Source: Eledone cirrhosa
Lineage: Eukaryota
DNA length: 64,000 bases
Assembly: GCA_964016885.1 (NCBI GenBank)
Contig: OZ024740.1
Span: forward strand, 420,174,001-420,238,000
Direction: 5' to 3'
Position 1 is the stretch's first letter. Each line of letters starts with the position of its first letter. Of this stretch, positions 39,010 through 53,200 are shown one piece after another. Position numbers and translations under genes: made by a program. Below the pieces are notes generated by a model. That model made no database searches. It had not been told where the DNA came from and worked only from the letters and a program-made list of their open reading frames with translations.

Positions 39010-42000
39010 AGGTGACAGTCTATATATGTGGTGGGAATGATGTAGAGTTGGAGGTGACAGTCTATATATGTGGTGGGAATGATGTAGAGTTGGAGGTGAC
39101 AGTCTACATATGTGGTGGTTATGATGTAGATTTGGAGATGACAGTCTACATATGTGGTGGGAATGATGTAGAGTTGGAGGTGATAGTCTACATATGTAGG
39201 TGGGAAAGAGGTAGAGTTGGAGGTGACAGTCTACATATGTGGTGGGAATGATGTAGAGTTGGAGGTGACAGTCTACATATGTGGTGGGAATGATGTACAG
39301 TTGATGGTGACACTCTACATATGTGGTGGGAAAGAGCTAGAGTTGGAGGTGACAGTCTACATATGTGGTGGGAATGATGTAGAGTTGGAGGTGACAGTCT
39401 ACATATGTGGTGGGATTGATGGAGAGTTGGAGGTGACAATCTACATATGTGGTGGGAATGATGTACTGTTGGAGGTGACAGTCTAAATATGTGGTGGGAA
39501 TGATGTAGAGTTGGAGGTGACAGTCTACATATGCGGTGGGAATGATGTTGAGTTGGAGGTGAAAGTCTATATATGTGGTGGGAATGATGTACAGTTGGAG
39601 GTGCCAATCTACATGTGTGGTGGGAAGCATGTAGAGTTGGAGGTGACAGTCTACATATGTGGTCGGAAAGAGGTACAGTTGGAGGTGACAGTCTACATAT
39701 GTGGTGGGAATGATGTAGATTTGGAGGTGACAGTCTACATATGTGGTGGGAATGATGTACAGTTGGAGATGACAGTCTACATAGGTGGTGGTAATGATGT
39801 ACAGTTGGAGGTGACAGTCTACATATGTGGCGGGAATGATGTAGATTTGGAGATGACAGTCTACATATGTGGTGGGAATGGTGTAGAGTTGGAGGTGACA
39901 GTCTACATATGTGGCAAGAATGATGTAGAGTTGGAGGTGACAGTCTACATATGTGGTGGGAATGATGTAGAGTTGGAGGTGACAGTTACATATGTCTTGG
40001 GAATGATGTAGAGTTGGAGGTGACAGTCTACATATGTGGTGGGAAAGAGGTAGAGTTGGAGGTGACAGTCTACATATGTGGTGGGAATGATGTACAGTTG
40101 GAGGTGACAGTCTACATATGTGGTGGGAATGATGTTGAGATGGGTGTGACAATCTACATTTGTGGTGGGAAAGAGTTAGAGTTGGAGGTGAAAGTCTACA
40201 TATGTGGTGAGAAAGAGGTAGAGTTGGAGGTGACAGTCTCATATGTGGTGGGAATTGGTAGAGTTGGAGGTGACAGTCTACATATGTGGTGGGAATGATG
40301 TAGAGTTGGTGGTGACAGTCTACATATGTGGTGGGAAAGAGGTGGAGTTGGTGGTGACAGTCTACATATGTGGTGGGAAAGAGGTAGTGTTGGACGTGAC
40401 AGTCTACATATGTGGTGGGAATGATGTAGAGTTGGGTGTGACAATTTACATATGTGGTGGGAAAGAGGTAGAGTTGGAGGTGACAGTCTACATATGTGGT
40501 GGGAATTATGTAGAGTTGGAGGTGACAGTCTACTTATGTGGTGGGAATGATGTATAGTTAGAGGTGACAGTCTACATATGTGGTGGGAATGATGTAGAGT
40601 TGGAGGTGACAATCTACATATGTGGTGGGAATGATGTATTGTTGGAGGTGACAATCTACATATGTGGTGGGAAGGATGTAGAGTTGGAGGTGACAGTCTA
40701 CATATGTGGTGAGAAAGAGGTAGCGTTGGAGATAACAGTCTACATATGTGGTGGGAATGATGTAGAGTTGGAGGTGACAGTCTACATATGTCTTGGGAAT
40801 GATGCAGAGTTGCAGGTAACAGTCTACATATGTGGTGGGAATGATGTACAGTTTGAGGTGACAGTCTATATATGTGGTGGAAATGATGTAGAGTTTGAGG
40901 TGACAGTCTACATATGTGCTGGGAATGATGTAGAGTTGGAGGTGATAGTCTACATATGTAGGTGGGAAAGAGGTAGAGTTGGAGGTGACAGTCTACATAT
41001 GTGGTGGGAATGATGTAGAGTTGGAGGTGACAGTCTACATATGTGGTGGGAATGATGTAGAGTTGATGGTGACACTCTACATATGTGGTGGGAAAGAGCT
41101 AGAGTTGGAGGTGACAGTCTACATATTGGGTGGGAAAGAGGTAGAGTTGGAGGTGACAGTCTACATATGTGGTGGGAATGATGTAGAGTTGGAGGTGACA
41201 GTCTACATATGTGGTGGGATTGATGGAGAGTTGGAGGTGACAATCTACATATGTGGTGGGAATGATGTACTGTTGGAGGTGACAGTCTAAATATGTGGTG
41301 GGAATGATGTAGAGTTGGAGGTGACAGTCTACATATGTGGTGGGAATGATGTTGAGTTGGAGGTGAAAGTCTATATATGTGGTGGGAATGATGTACAGTT
41401 GGAGGTGCCAATCTACATGTGTGGTGGGAAGGATGTAGAGTTGGAGGTGACAGTCTACATATGTGGTCGGAAAGAGGTACAGTTGGAGGTGACAGTCTAC
41501 ATATGTGGAGGGAATGATGTAGAGTTGGAGGTGACAGTCTACATATGTGGTGGGAATGATGTACAGTTGGAGATGACAGTCTATATATGTGGTGGGAATG
41601 ATGTACAGTTGGAGGTGACAGTCTACATAGGTGGTGGTAATGATGTACAGTTGGAGGTGACAGTCTACATATGTGGTGGGAATGATGTAGATTTGGAGAT
41701 GACAGTCTACATATGTGGTGGGAATGGTGTAGAGTTGGAGGTGACAGTCTACATATGTGGCAAGAATGATGTAGAGTTGGAGGTGACAGTCTACATATGT
41801 GGTGGGAATGATGTAGAGTTGGAGGTGACAGTTACATATGTCTTGGGAATGATGTAGAGTTGGAGGTGACAGTCTACATATGTGGTGGGAAAGAGGTAGA
41901 GTTGGAGGTGACAGTCTACATATGTGGTGGGAATGATGTACAGTTGGAGGTGACAGTCTACATATGTGGTGGGAATGATATAGAGTTGGAGGTGAGTCTA

Positions 42001-44640
42001 CATATGTGGTGGGAATGATGTAGAGTTGGAGGTGATAGTCTACATATGTAGGTGGGAAAGAGGTAGAGTTGGAGGTGACAGTCTACATATGTGGTGGGAA
42101 TGCTGTAGAGTTGGTGGTGACATTCTACATATGTGGTGGGAACTATGTAGAGTTGGAGGTGACAGTCTACATATGTGGTGGGAAAGAGGTAGAGTTGGAG
42201 GTGAGAGTCTACATATGTGGTGGGAAAGAGGTAGAGTTGGAGGTGATAGTCTACATATGTGGTGGGAATGATGTACAGTTGGAGGTGACAATCTACATAC
42301 GTGGGGGGCATGATGTAGAGTTGGAGGTGAGAAACTACATATGTGGTGGGAATGATGTAGAGTTGGAGGTGACAGTCTACATATGTGGTGGGAAAGAGGT
42401 AGAGTTGGGGGATGACAGTCTACATATATGGTGGGAATGATGTACTGTTGGAGGTGACACTCTACATATGTGGTGGGAATAATGTAGAGTTGGAGGTGAC
42501 AGTCTACATATGTGGTGGGAATGATGTAGAGTTGGAGGTGAAAGTCTATATATGTGGTGGGAATGATGTACAGTTGGATGTGACAGTCTACATATGTGGT
42601 GGGAATGATGTAGAGTTGGAGGTGACAGTCTACAAATTAGGTGGGAATGATGTAGAGTTGGAAGTAACAGTCTACATATGTGGTGGGAATGATGTACAGT
42701 TGGATGTGACAGTCTACATATGAGGTGGGAATGATGTACAGTTGGAGGTGACAGTCTACATATGTAGTGGGAATGATGTACAGTTAGAGGTGACATTCTA
42801 CATATGTGGTGGGAATGATGTAGAGTTGGAGGTGACAATCTACATATGTGGTGGGAATTATGTAGAGTTGGAGGTGACAATCTACATATGTGGTGGGAAT
42901 GATGTAGAGTTGGAGGTGACAGTCTATATATGTGGTGGGAATGATGTAGAGTTGGAGGTGACAGTCTACATATGTGGTGGGTATGATGTAGATTTGGAGA
43001 TGACAGTCTACATATGTGGTGGGAATGATGTAGAGTTGGAGGTGATAGTCTACATATGTGGGTGGGAAAGAGGTAGAGTTGGAGGTGACAGTCTACATAT
43101 GTGGTGGGAATGATGTAGAGTTGGAGGTGACAGTCTACATATGTGGTGGGAATGATGTACAGTTGATGGTGACACTCTACATATGTGGTGGGAAAGAGCT
43201 AGAGTTGGAGGTGACAGTCTACATATGTGGTGGGAATGATGTAGAGTTGGAGGTGACAGTCTACATATGTGGTGGGATTGATGGAGAGTTGGAGGTGACA
43301 ATCTACATATGTGGTGGGAATGATGTACTGTTGGAGGTGACAGTCTAAATATGTGGTGGGAATGATGTAGAGTTGGAGGTGACAGTCTACATATGCGGTG
43401 GGAATGATGTTGAGTTGGAGGTGAAAGTCTATATATGTGGTGGGAATGATGTACAGTTGGAGGTGCCAATCTACATGTGTGGTGGGAAGCATGTAGAGTT
43501 GGAGGTGACAGTCTACATATGTGGTCGGAAAGAGGTACAGTTGGAGGTGACAGTCTACATATGTGGTGGGAATGATGTAGATTTGGAGGTGACAGTCTAC
43601 ATATGTGGTGGGAATGATGTACAGTTGGAGATGACAGTCTACATAGGTGGTGGTAATGATGTACAGTTGGAGGTGACAGTCTACATATGTGGTGGGAATG
43701 ATGTAGATTTGGAGATGACAGTCTACATATGTGGTGGGAATGGTGTAGAGTTGGAGGTGACAGTCTACATATGTGGCAAGAATGATGTAGAGTTGGAGGT
43801 GACAGTCTACATATGTGGTGGGAATGATGTAGAGTTGGAGGTGACAGTTACATATGTCTTGGGAATGATGTAGAGTTGGAGGTGACAGTCTACATATGTG
43901 GTGGGAAAGAGGTAGAGTTGGAGGTGACAGTCTACATATGTGGTGGGAATGATGTACAGTTGGAGGTGACAGTCTACATATGTGGTGGGAATGATGTTGA
44001 GATGGGTGTGACAATCTACATTTGTGGTGGGAAAGAGTTAGAGTTGGAGGTGAAAGTCTACATATGTGGTGAGAAAGAGGTAGAGTTGGAGGTGACAGTC
44101 TCATATGTGGTGGGAATTGGTAGAGTTGGAGGTGACAGTCTACATATGTGGTGGGAATGATGTAGAGTTGGTGGTGACAGTCTACATATGTGGTGGGAAA
44201 GAGGTGGAGTTGGTGGTGACAGTCTACATATGTGGTGGGAAAGAGGTAGTGTTGGACGTGACAGTCTACATATGTGGTGGGAATGATGTAGAGTTGGGTG
44301 TGACAATTTACATATGTGGTGGGAAAGAGGTAGAGTTGGAGGTGACAGTCTACATATGTGGTGGGAATTATGTAGAGTTGGAGGTGACAGTCTACTTATG
44401 TGGTGGGAATGATGTATAGTTAGAGGTGACAGTCTACATATGTGGTGGGAATGATGTAGAGTTGGAGGTGACAATCTACATATGTGGTGGGAAGGATGTA
44501 GAGTTGGAGGTGACAGTCTACATATGTGGTGAGAAAGAGGTAGCGTTGGAGATAACAGTCTACATATGTGGTGGGAATGATGTAGAGTTGGAGGTGACAG
44601 TCTACATATGTCTTGGGAATGATGCAGAGTTGCAGGTAAC
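39010..44640 (+). repeat. Diverged sub-array with three related copies of a block carrying private variants (offsets about 1762-1846 and 3862)
   Basis: 39188/43050 and 40243/44105 are offset by 3862, and 39188/40950 by 1762. The variants GGGATTGATGGAG, GGTCGGAAA, TTGATGGTG and GGCAAG were seen only here. Confidence 0.85.
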
Positions 44641-47270
44641 AGTCAACATATGTGGTGGGAATGATGTACAGTTGGAGGTGACAGTCTATATATGTGGTGG
44701 GAATGATGTAGAGTTGGAGGTGACAGTCTACATATGTGGTGGGAATGATGTAGATTTTGAGATGACAGTCTACATATGTGGTGGGAATGATGTAGAGTTG
44801 GATGTGACAGTCTACATATGTGGTGGGAATGATGTAGAGTTGGAGGTGACAGTCTACATATGTGGTGGGAATGATATAGAGTTGGAGGTGAGTCTACATA
44901 TGTGGTGGGAATGATGTAGAGTTGGAGGTAACAGTCTACATATGTGGTGGGAATGATGTAGAGTTGGAGGTGACAGTCTACATATGTGGTGGGAATGATG
45001 TACAGTTGGAAGTGACAGTCTACATATATGGTGGGAATGATGTACAGTTGGAGGTGACAATCTACATATGTGGTGGGTCTGATGTACAGTTGGAGGTGAC
45101 AGTCTACATATGTGGTGGGAATGGTGTAGAGTTGGAGGTGACAGTCTACATATGTGGCAGGAATGATGTAGAGTTGAGGTGACGGTCTACATATGTGGTG
45201 GGAATGATGTAGAATTGAAGGGGACAGTCTGCATATGTGTTGGGAAAGATGTAGAGTTGGAGGTGACAGTCTACATATGTCTTGGGAATGATGCAGAGTT
45301 GCAGGTAACAGTCTACATATGTGGTGGGAATGATGTACAGTTGGAGGTGACAGTCTATATATATGGTGGAAAAATGTAGAGTTGGAGGTGACAGTCTACA
45401 TATGTGGTGGGTATGATGTAGATTTGGAGATGACAGTCTACATATGTGGTGGGAATGATGTAGAGTTGGATGTGACAGTCTATATATGTTGTGGGAATGA
45501 TGTAGAGTTGGAGGTGACAGTCTACATATGTGGTGGGAATGATGTAGAGTTGGAGGTGAGTCTACATATGTGGTGGGAATGATGTAGAGTTGGAGGTGAC
45601 AGTCTACATATGTGGTGGGTATGATGTAGAGTTGGAGGTGATAGTCTACATATGTAGGTGGGAAAGAGGTAGAGTTGGAGGTGACAGTCTACAAATGTGG
45701 TGGGAATGATGTAGAGTTGGAGGTGACAGTCTACATATGTGGTGGGAAAGAGGTAGAGTTGGAGATGACAGTCTCAATATGTGGTGGGAAAGAGGTAGAG
45801 TTGGAGGTGACAGTCTACATATGTGGTGGGAAAGAGGTAGAGTTGGAGGTGACAGTCTACATATGTGGTGGGAAAGAGGTAGAGTTGGAGGTGACATTCT
45901 AAATATGTGGTGGGAATGATGTAGAGTTGGTGGTGACAGTCTAAATATGTGGTGGGAATGATGTAGAGTTGGTGGTGACAGTTTACATATGTGGTGGGAA
46001 AGAGGTAGAGTTGGAGGTGACAATCTACATATGTGGTGGGAATGATGTAGAGTTGGTGGTGACAGTCTACATATGTGGTGGGAAAGAGGTAGAGTTGGTG
46101 GTGACAGTTTACATATGTGGTGGGAATGATGTAGAGTTGGAGGTGACAGTCTACATATGTGATGGGAATGATGTAGAGTTGGAGGTGACAGTCTAGATAT
46201 GTCTTGGGAATGATGCAGAGTTGCAGGTAACAGTCAACATATGTGGTGGGAATGATGTAGAGTTGGAGGTGATAGTCTACATATGTAGGTGAGAAAGAGG
46301 TAGAGTTGGAGGTGACAGTCTACATATGTGGTGGGAATGCTGTAGAGTTGGTGGTGACATTCTACATATGTGGTGGGAACGATGTAGAGTTGGAGGTGAC
46401 AGTCTACATATGTGGTGGGAATGATGTAGAGTTGGAGGTGACAGTCTACATATGTGGTGGGAATTATGTAGAGTTGGAGGTGACAGTCTACATATGTGGT
46501 GGGAATGATGTATAGTTGGAGGTGACATTCTACATATGTGGTGGGAATGATGTAGTGTTGGAGGTGACAATCTACATATGTGGTGGGAAGGATGTAGAGT
46601 TGGAGGTGACAGTCTACATATGTGGTGGGAAAGAGGTAGAGTTGGAGGTAACAGTCTACATATGTGGTGGGAATGATGTAGAGTTGGAGGTGACAGTCTA
46701 CATATGTGGTGGGAATGATGTACAGTTGGAAGTGACAGTCTACATATATGGTGGGAATGATGTACAGTTGGAGGTGACAATCTACATATGTGGTGGGTCC
46801 GATGTACAGTTGGAGGTGACAGTCTACATATGTGGTGGGAATGGTGTAGAGTTGGAGGTGACAGTCTACATATGTGGCAGGAATGATGTAGAGTTGAGGT
46901 GACGGTCTACATATGTGGTGGGAATGATGTAGAATTGAAGGGGACAGTCTGCATATGTGTTGGGAAAGATGTAAAGTTGGAGGTGACAGTCTACATATGT
47001 CTTGGGAATGATGCAGAGTTGCAGGTAACAGTCTACATATGTGGTGGGAATGATGTACAGTTGGAGGTGACAGTCTATATATGTGGTGGGAAAAATGTAG
47101 AGTTGGAGGTGACAGTCTACATATGTGGTGGGTATGATGTAGATTTGGAGATGACAGTCTACATATGTGGTGGGAATGATGTAGAGTTGGATGTGACAGT
47201 CTACATATGTTGTGGGAATGATGTAGAGTTGGAGGTGACAGTCTACATATGTGGTGGGAATGATGTAGAG
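44640..47270 (+). repeat. Dispersed third copy of the block at about 26520-29140 (offset 18,124)
   Basis: Landmark pairs are 26798/44922, 27551/45675 and 28775/46899. Shared rare variants include TATATGGTGGAAAAATG, GTCTCAATAT and GTCTAGATAT. Confidence 0.88.
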
Positions 47271-50200
47271 TTGGTGGTGACAGTCTACATATGTGGTGGG
47301 AAAGAGGTAGAGTTGGAGGTGACAGTCTACATATGTGGTGGGAATGATGTACAGTTGGAGGTGACAGTCTATATATGTGGTGGGAATGATGTACAGTTGG
47401 AGGTGACAGTCTACATATGTGGCAGGAATGATGTAGAGTTGGAGGTGACAGTTCACATATGTGGTGGGAATGATGTAGAGTTGAAGGGGACAGTCTACAT
47501 ATGTGGTGGGAATGATGTAGAGTTGGAGCTGACAGTCTACATATGCGGTGGGAATGATGTAGAGTTGGAGGTAACAGTCTACATATGTGGTGGGTCTGAT
47601 GTACAGTTGGAGGTGACAGTCTACATATGTGGTGGGAATGGTGTAGAGTTGGAGGTGACAGTCTACATATGTGGCAGGAATGATGTAGAGTTGGAGGTGA
47701 CAGTTTACATATGTGGTGGGAATGATGTAGAGTTGAAGGCGACAGTCTACATATGTGGTGGGAATGATGTAGAGTTGGAGGTGACAGTCTACATATGTGG
47801 TGGGAATGATGTAGAGTTGGTGGTGACGGTCTACATATGTGGTGGGAATTGGTAGAGTTGGAGGTGACAGTCTACATATGTGGTGGGAACGATGTAGAGT
47901 TGGAGGTGACAGTCTACATATGTGGTGGGAATGATGTAGAGTTGGAGGTGACAGTCTACATATGTGATGAGAAAGAGGTAGAGTTGGAGGTGACAGTCTA
48001 CATATGTGGTGGGAATGGTGTAGAGTTGGAGGTGACAGTCTACATATGTGACAGGAATGATGTAGAGTTGGAGGTGACAGTTTACATATGTGGTGGGAAT
48101 GATGTAGAGTTGAAGGGGACAGTCTACATATGTGGTGGGAATGATGTAGAGTTGGTGGTGACAGTCTACATATGTGGTGGGAAAGAGGTAGAGTTGGTGG
48201 TGACAGTCTACATATGTGGTGGGAATGATGTAGAGTTGGAGGTAACAGTCTACATATGTGGTGGGAAAGAGGTAGAGTTGGAGGTGACAGTCTACATATG
48301 TGGTGAGAATGATGTAGAGTTGGGTGTGACAATCTACATATGTGGTGGGAAAGAGGTAGAGTTGGAGGTGACAGTCTACATATGTGGTGAGAAAGAGGTA
48401 GAGTTGGAGGTGACAGTCTACATATGTGGTGGGAATGATGTAGAGTTGGAGGTGACAGTCTACATATGTGGTGGGAATTATGTAGAGTTGGAGGTGACAG
48501 TCTACATATGTGGTGGGAATGATGTATAGTTGGAGGTGACAGTCTACATATGTGGTGGGAATGATGTAGAGTTGGAGGTGACAATCTACATATGTGGTGG
48601 GAAGGATGTAGAGTTGGAGGTGACAGTCCACATATGTTGTGGGAAAGAGGTAGAGTTGGAGGTAACAGTCTACATATGTGGTGGGAATGATGTAGAGTTG
48701 GAGGTGACAGTCTACATATGTGGTGGGAATGATGTATAGTTGGAGGTGACAGTCTACATATGTGGTGGGAATGATGTAGAGTTGGAGGTGACGATCTACA
48801 TATGTGGTGGGAAGGATGTAGAGTTGGAGGTGACAGTCTACATATGTTGTGGGAAAGAGGTAGAGTTGGAGGTAACAGTCTACATATGTGGTGGGAATGA
48901 TGTAGAGTTGGAGGTGACAGTCTACATATGTGGTGGGAATGATGTACAGTTGGAGGTGACAGTCTACATACATAGGTGGTGGGAATGATGTACAGTTGGA
49001 GGTGACAATCTACATAAGTGGTGGGTCTGATGTACAGTTGGGGGTGACAGTCTACATATGTGGTGGGAATGGTGTAGAGTTGGAAATGACAGTCTACATA
49101 TGTGGCAGGAATGATGTAGAGTTGAGGTGACGGTCTACATATGTGGTGGGAATGATGTAGAATTGAAGGGGACAGTCTACATATGTGTTGGGAATGATGT
49201 AGAGTTGGAGGTGACAGTCTACATATGTCTTGGGAATGATGCAGAGTTGCAGGTAACAGTCTACATATGTTGTGGGAATGATGTACAGTTGGAGGTGACA
49301 GTCTATATATGTGGTGGGAATGATGTAGAGTTGGAGGTGACAGTCTACATATGTGGTTGGTATGATGTAGATTTGGAGATGACAGTCTACATATGTGGTG
49401 GGAATGATGTAGAGTTGGATGTGACAGTCTACATATGTTGTGGGAATGATGTAGAGTTGGAGGTGACAGTCTACATATGTGGTGGGAATGATGTAGAGTT
49501 GGAGGTGAGTCTACATATGAGGTGGGAATAATGTAGAGTTGGAGGTGATAGTCTACATATGTAGGTGGGAAAGAGGTAGAGTTGGAGATGACAGTCTAAA
49601 TATGTGGTGGGAAAGAGGTAGAGTTGGAGGTGACAGTCTACATATGTGGTGGGAAAGAGGTAGAATTGGAGGTGACAGTCTACATATGTGGTGGGAAAGA
49701 GGTAGAGTTGGAGATGACAGTCTAAATATGTGGTGGGAAAGAGGTAGAGTTGGAGGTGACAGTCTACATATGTGGTGGGAAAGAGGTAGAGTTGGAGGTG
49801 ACAGTCTACATATGTGGTGGGAAAGAGGTAGAGTTGGAGGTGACAGTCTACATATGTGGTGGGAATGATGTAGAGTTGGAGGTGACATTCTAAATATGTG
49901 GTGGGAATGATGTAGAGTTGGTGGTGACAGTCTAAATATGTTTGTGGGAATGATGTAGAGTTGGTGGTGACAGTCTACATATGTGGTGGGAATGATGTAG
50001 AGTTGGTAGTGACAGTCTACATATGTGGTGGGAAAGAGGTAGAGTTGGTGGTGACAGTCTACATATGTGGTGGGAATGATGTAGAGTTGGAGGTAACAGT
50101 CTACATATGTGGTGGGAATGATGTACAGTTGGAGGTGACAATCTACATATGTGGTGGGTCTGATGTAGTGTTGGAGGTGACAGTCTACATATCTGGCAGG

Positions 50201-53200
50201 AATGATGTAGAGTTGAGGTGACAGTCTACATATGTGGTGGGAATGATGTAGAATTGAAGGGGACAGTCTACATATGTGGTGGGAATGATGTAGAGTTGGA
50301 GGTGACAGTCTACATATGTCTTGGGAATGATGCAGAGTTGCAGGTAACAGTCTACATATGTGGTGGGAATGATGTACAGTTGGAGGTGACAGTCTATATA
50401 TGTGGTGGGAATGATGTAGTGTTGGAGGTGACAGTCTACATATGTGGTGGGAATGATGTAGATTTGGAGATGACAGTCTACATATGTGGTGGGAATGATG
50501 TAGAGTTGGATGTGACAGTCTACATATGTGGTGGGAATGATGTAGAGTTGGAGGTGACAGTCTACATATGTGGTGGGAATGATATAGAGTTGGAGGTGAG
50601 TCTACATATGTGGTGGGAATGATGTAGAGTTGGAGGTGATAGTCTACATATGTAGGTGGGAAAGAGGTAGAGTTGGAGGTGACAGTCTACATATGTGGTG
50701 GGAATGCTGTAGAGTTGGTGGTGACATTCTACATATGTGGTGGGAACGATGTAGAGTTGGAGGTGACAGTCTACATATGTGGTGGGAAAGAGGTAGAGTT
50801 GGAGGTGAGAGTCTACATATGTGGTGGGAAAGAGGTAGAGTTGGATGTGATAGTCTACATATGTGGTGGCACTGATGTACAGTTGGAGGTGACAGTCTAC
50901 ATATGTGGTGGGAATGATGTACAGTTGGAGGTGACAATCTACATATGTGGTGGGCATGATGTAGAGTTGGAGGTGACAAACTACATATGTGGTGGGAATG
51001 AAGTAGAGTTGGAGGTGACAGTCTACATATGTGGTGGGAAAGAGGTAGAGTTGGGGGATGACAGTCTACATATGTGGTGGGAATGATGTACTGTTGGAGG
51101 TGACACTCTACATATGTGGTGGGAATGAGGTAGAGTTGGAGGTGACAGTCTACATATGTGGTGGGAATGATGTAGAGTTAGAGGTGACAGTCTACAAATT
51201 AAGTGGGAATGATGTAGGGTTGGAAGTAACAGTCTACATATGTGGTGGGAATGATGTACAGTTGGAGGTGACAGTCTATATATGTGGTGGCAATGATGTA
51301 CAGTTGGAGGTGACAGTCTACATAGGTGGTGGGAATGATGTACAGTTGGAGGTGACAGTCTGCATATGTGGTGGGAATGATGTAGAGTCGGAGGTGACAA
51401 TCTACGTATGTGGTGGGTCTGATGTACAGTTGGAGGTGACAGTCTACATATGTGGTGGGAATGGTGTAGAGTTGGAGGTGACAGTCTACATATGTGGCAG
51501 GAATGATGTAGAGTTGGAGGTGACAGTTTACATATGTGGTGGGAATGATGTAGAGTTGAAGGGGTCAGTCTACATATGTGGTGGGAATGATGTAGAGTTG
51601 GAGGTGACAGTCTACATATGTGGTGGGAATGATGTACTGTTGGAGGTGACACTCTACATATGTGGTGGGAATGATGTAGAGTTGGAGGTGACAGTCTACA
51701 TATGTGGTGGGAATGATGTAGAGTTAGAGGTGACAGTCTACAAATTAAGTGGGAATGATGTAGGGTTGGAAGTAACAGTCTACATATGTGGTGGGAATGA
51801 TGTACAGTTGGAGGTGACAGTCTGCATATGTAGTGGGAATGATGTACAGTTGGAGGTGACAGTCTACATACGTGGTGGGAATGATGTAGAGTTGGAGGTG
51901 ACAATCTACATATGTGGTGGGAATTATGTAGAGTTGGAGGTGACAATCTACATATGTGGTGGGAATTATGTAGAGTTGGAGGTGACAATCTACATATGTG
52001 GTGGGAATGATGTAGAGTTGGAGGTGACAAGCTACATATGTGGTGGGAAGGATGTAGAGTTGGAGGTGACAGTCTACATATGTGGTGGGAAAGAGGTACA
52101 GTTGGAGGTGACAGTCTACATATGTGGTGGGAATGATGTAGAGTTGGAGGTGACAGTCTACATATGTGGTGGGAATGATGTACAGTTGGAGGTGACAGTC
52201 TATATATGTGGTGGGAATGATGTACAGTTGGAGGTGACAGTCTGCATATGTGGTGGGAATGATGTAGAGTCGGAGGTGACAGTCTTCATATGTGATGGGA
52301 ATGATGTACAGTTGGTGGTGACAGTCTACATATGTGGTGGGAATGATGTAGAGTTGGAGGTAACAGTCTACATATGTGTTGGGAATGATGTACAGTTGGA
52401 GGTGACAGTCTACATATGTGGTGGGAAAGAGGTACAGTTGGAGGTGACAGTCTACATATGTGGTGGGAATGATGTAGAGTTGGAGGTGACAGTCTACATA
52501 TGATGTGGGAATGATGTACAGTTGGAGGTGACAGTCTATATATGTGGTGTGAATGATGTACAGTTGGAGGTGACAGTCTGCATATGTGGCGGGAATGATG
52601 TAGAGTCGGAGGTGACAGTCTTCATATGTGATGGGAATGATGTACAGTTGGTGGTGACAGTCTACATATGTGGTGGGAATGATGTAAAGTTGGATGTGAC
52701 AGTCTACATATGTGGTGGGAATGATGTAGAGTTGGAGGTGACAATCTACATATGTGGTGGGAATTATGTAGAGTTGGAGGTGACAATCTACATATGTGGT
52801 GGGAATTATGTAGAGTTGGAGGTGACAATCTACATATGTGGTGGGAATGATGTAGAGTTGGAGGTGACAATCTACATATGTTGTGGGAATGATGTAGAGT
52901 TGGAGGTGACAGTCTACATATGTGGTGGGAATGATGTAGAGTTGGAGGTAACAGTCTACATATGTGGTGGGAATGATGTACAGTTGGAGGTGACAGTCTA
53001 CATAGGTGGTGGGAATGATGTAGAGTTGGAGGTGACAGTCTACATATGTGGTGGGAATGATGTAGAGTTGGAGGTGACAATCTACATATGTGGTGGGAAT
53101 TATGTAGAGTTGGAGGTGACAATCTACATATGTGGTGGGAATTATGTAGAGTTGGAGGTGACAATCTACATATGTGGTGGGAATGATGCAGAGTTGGAGG

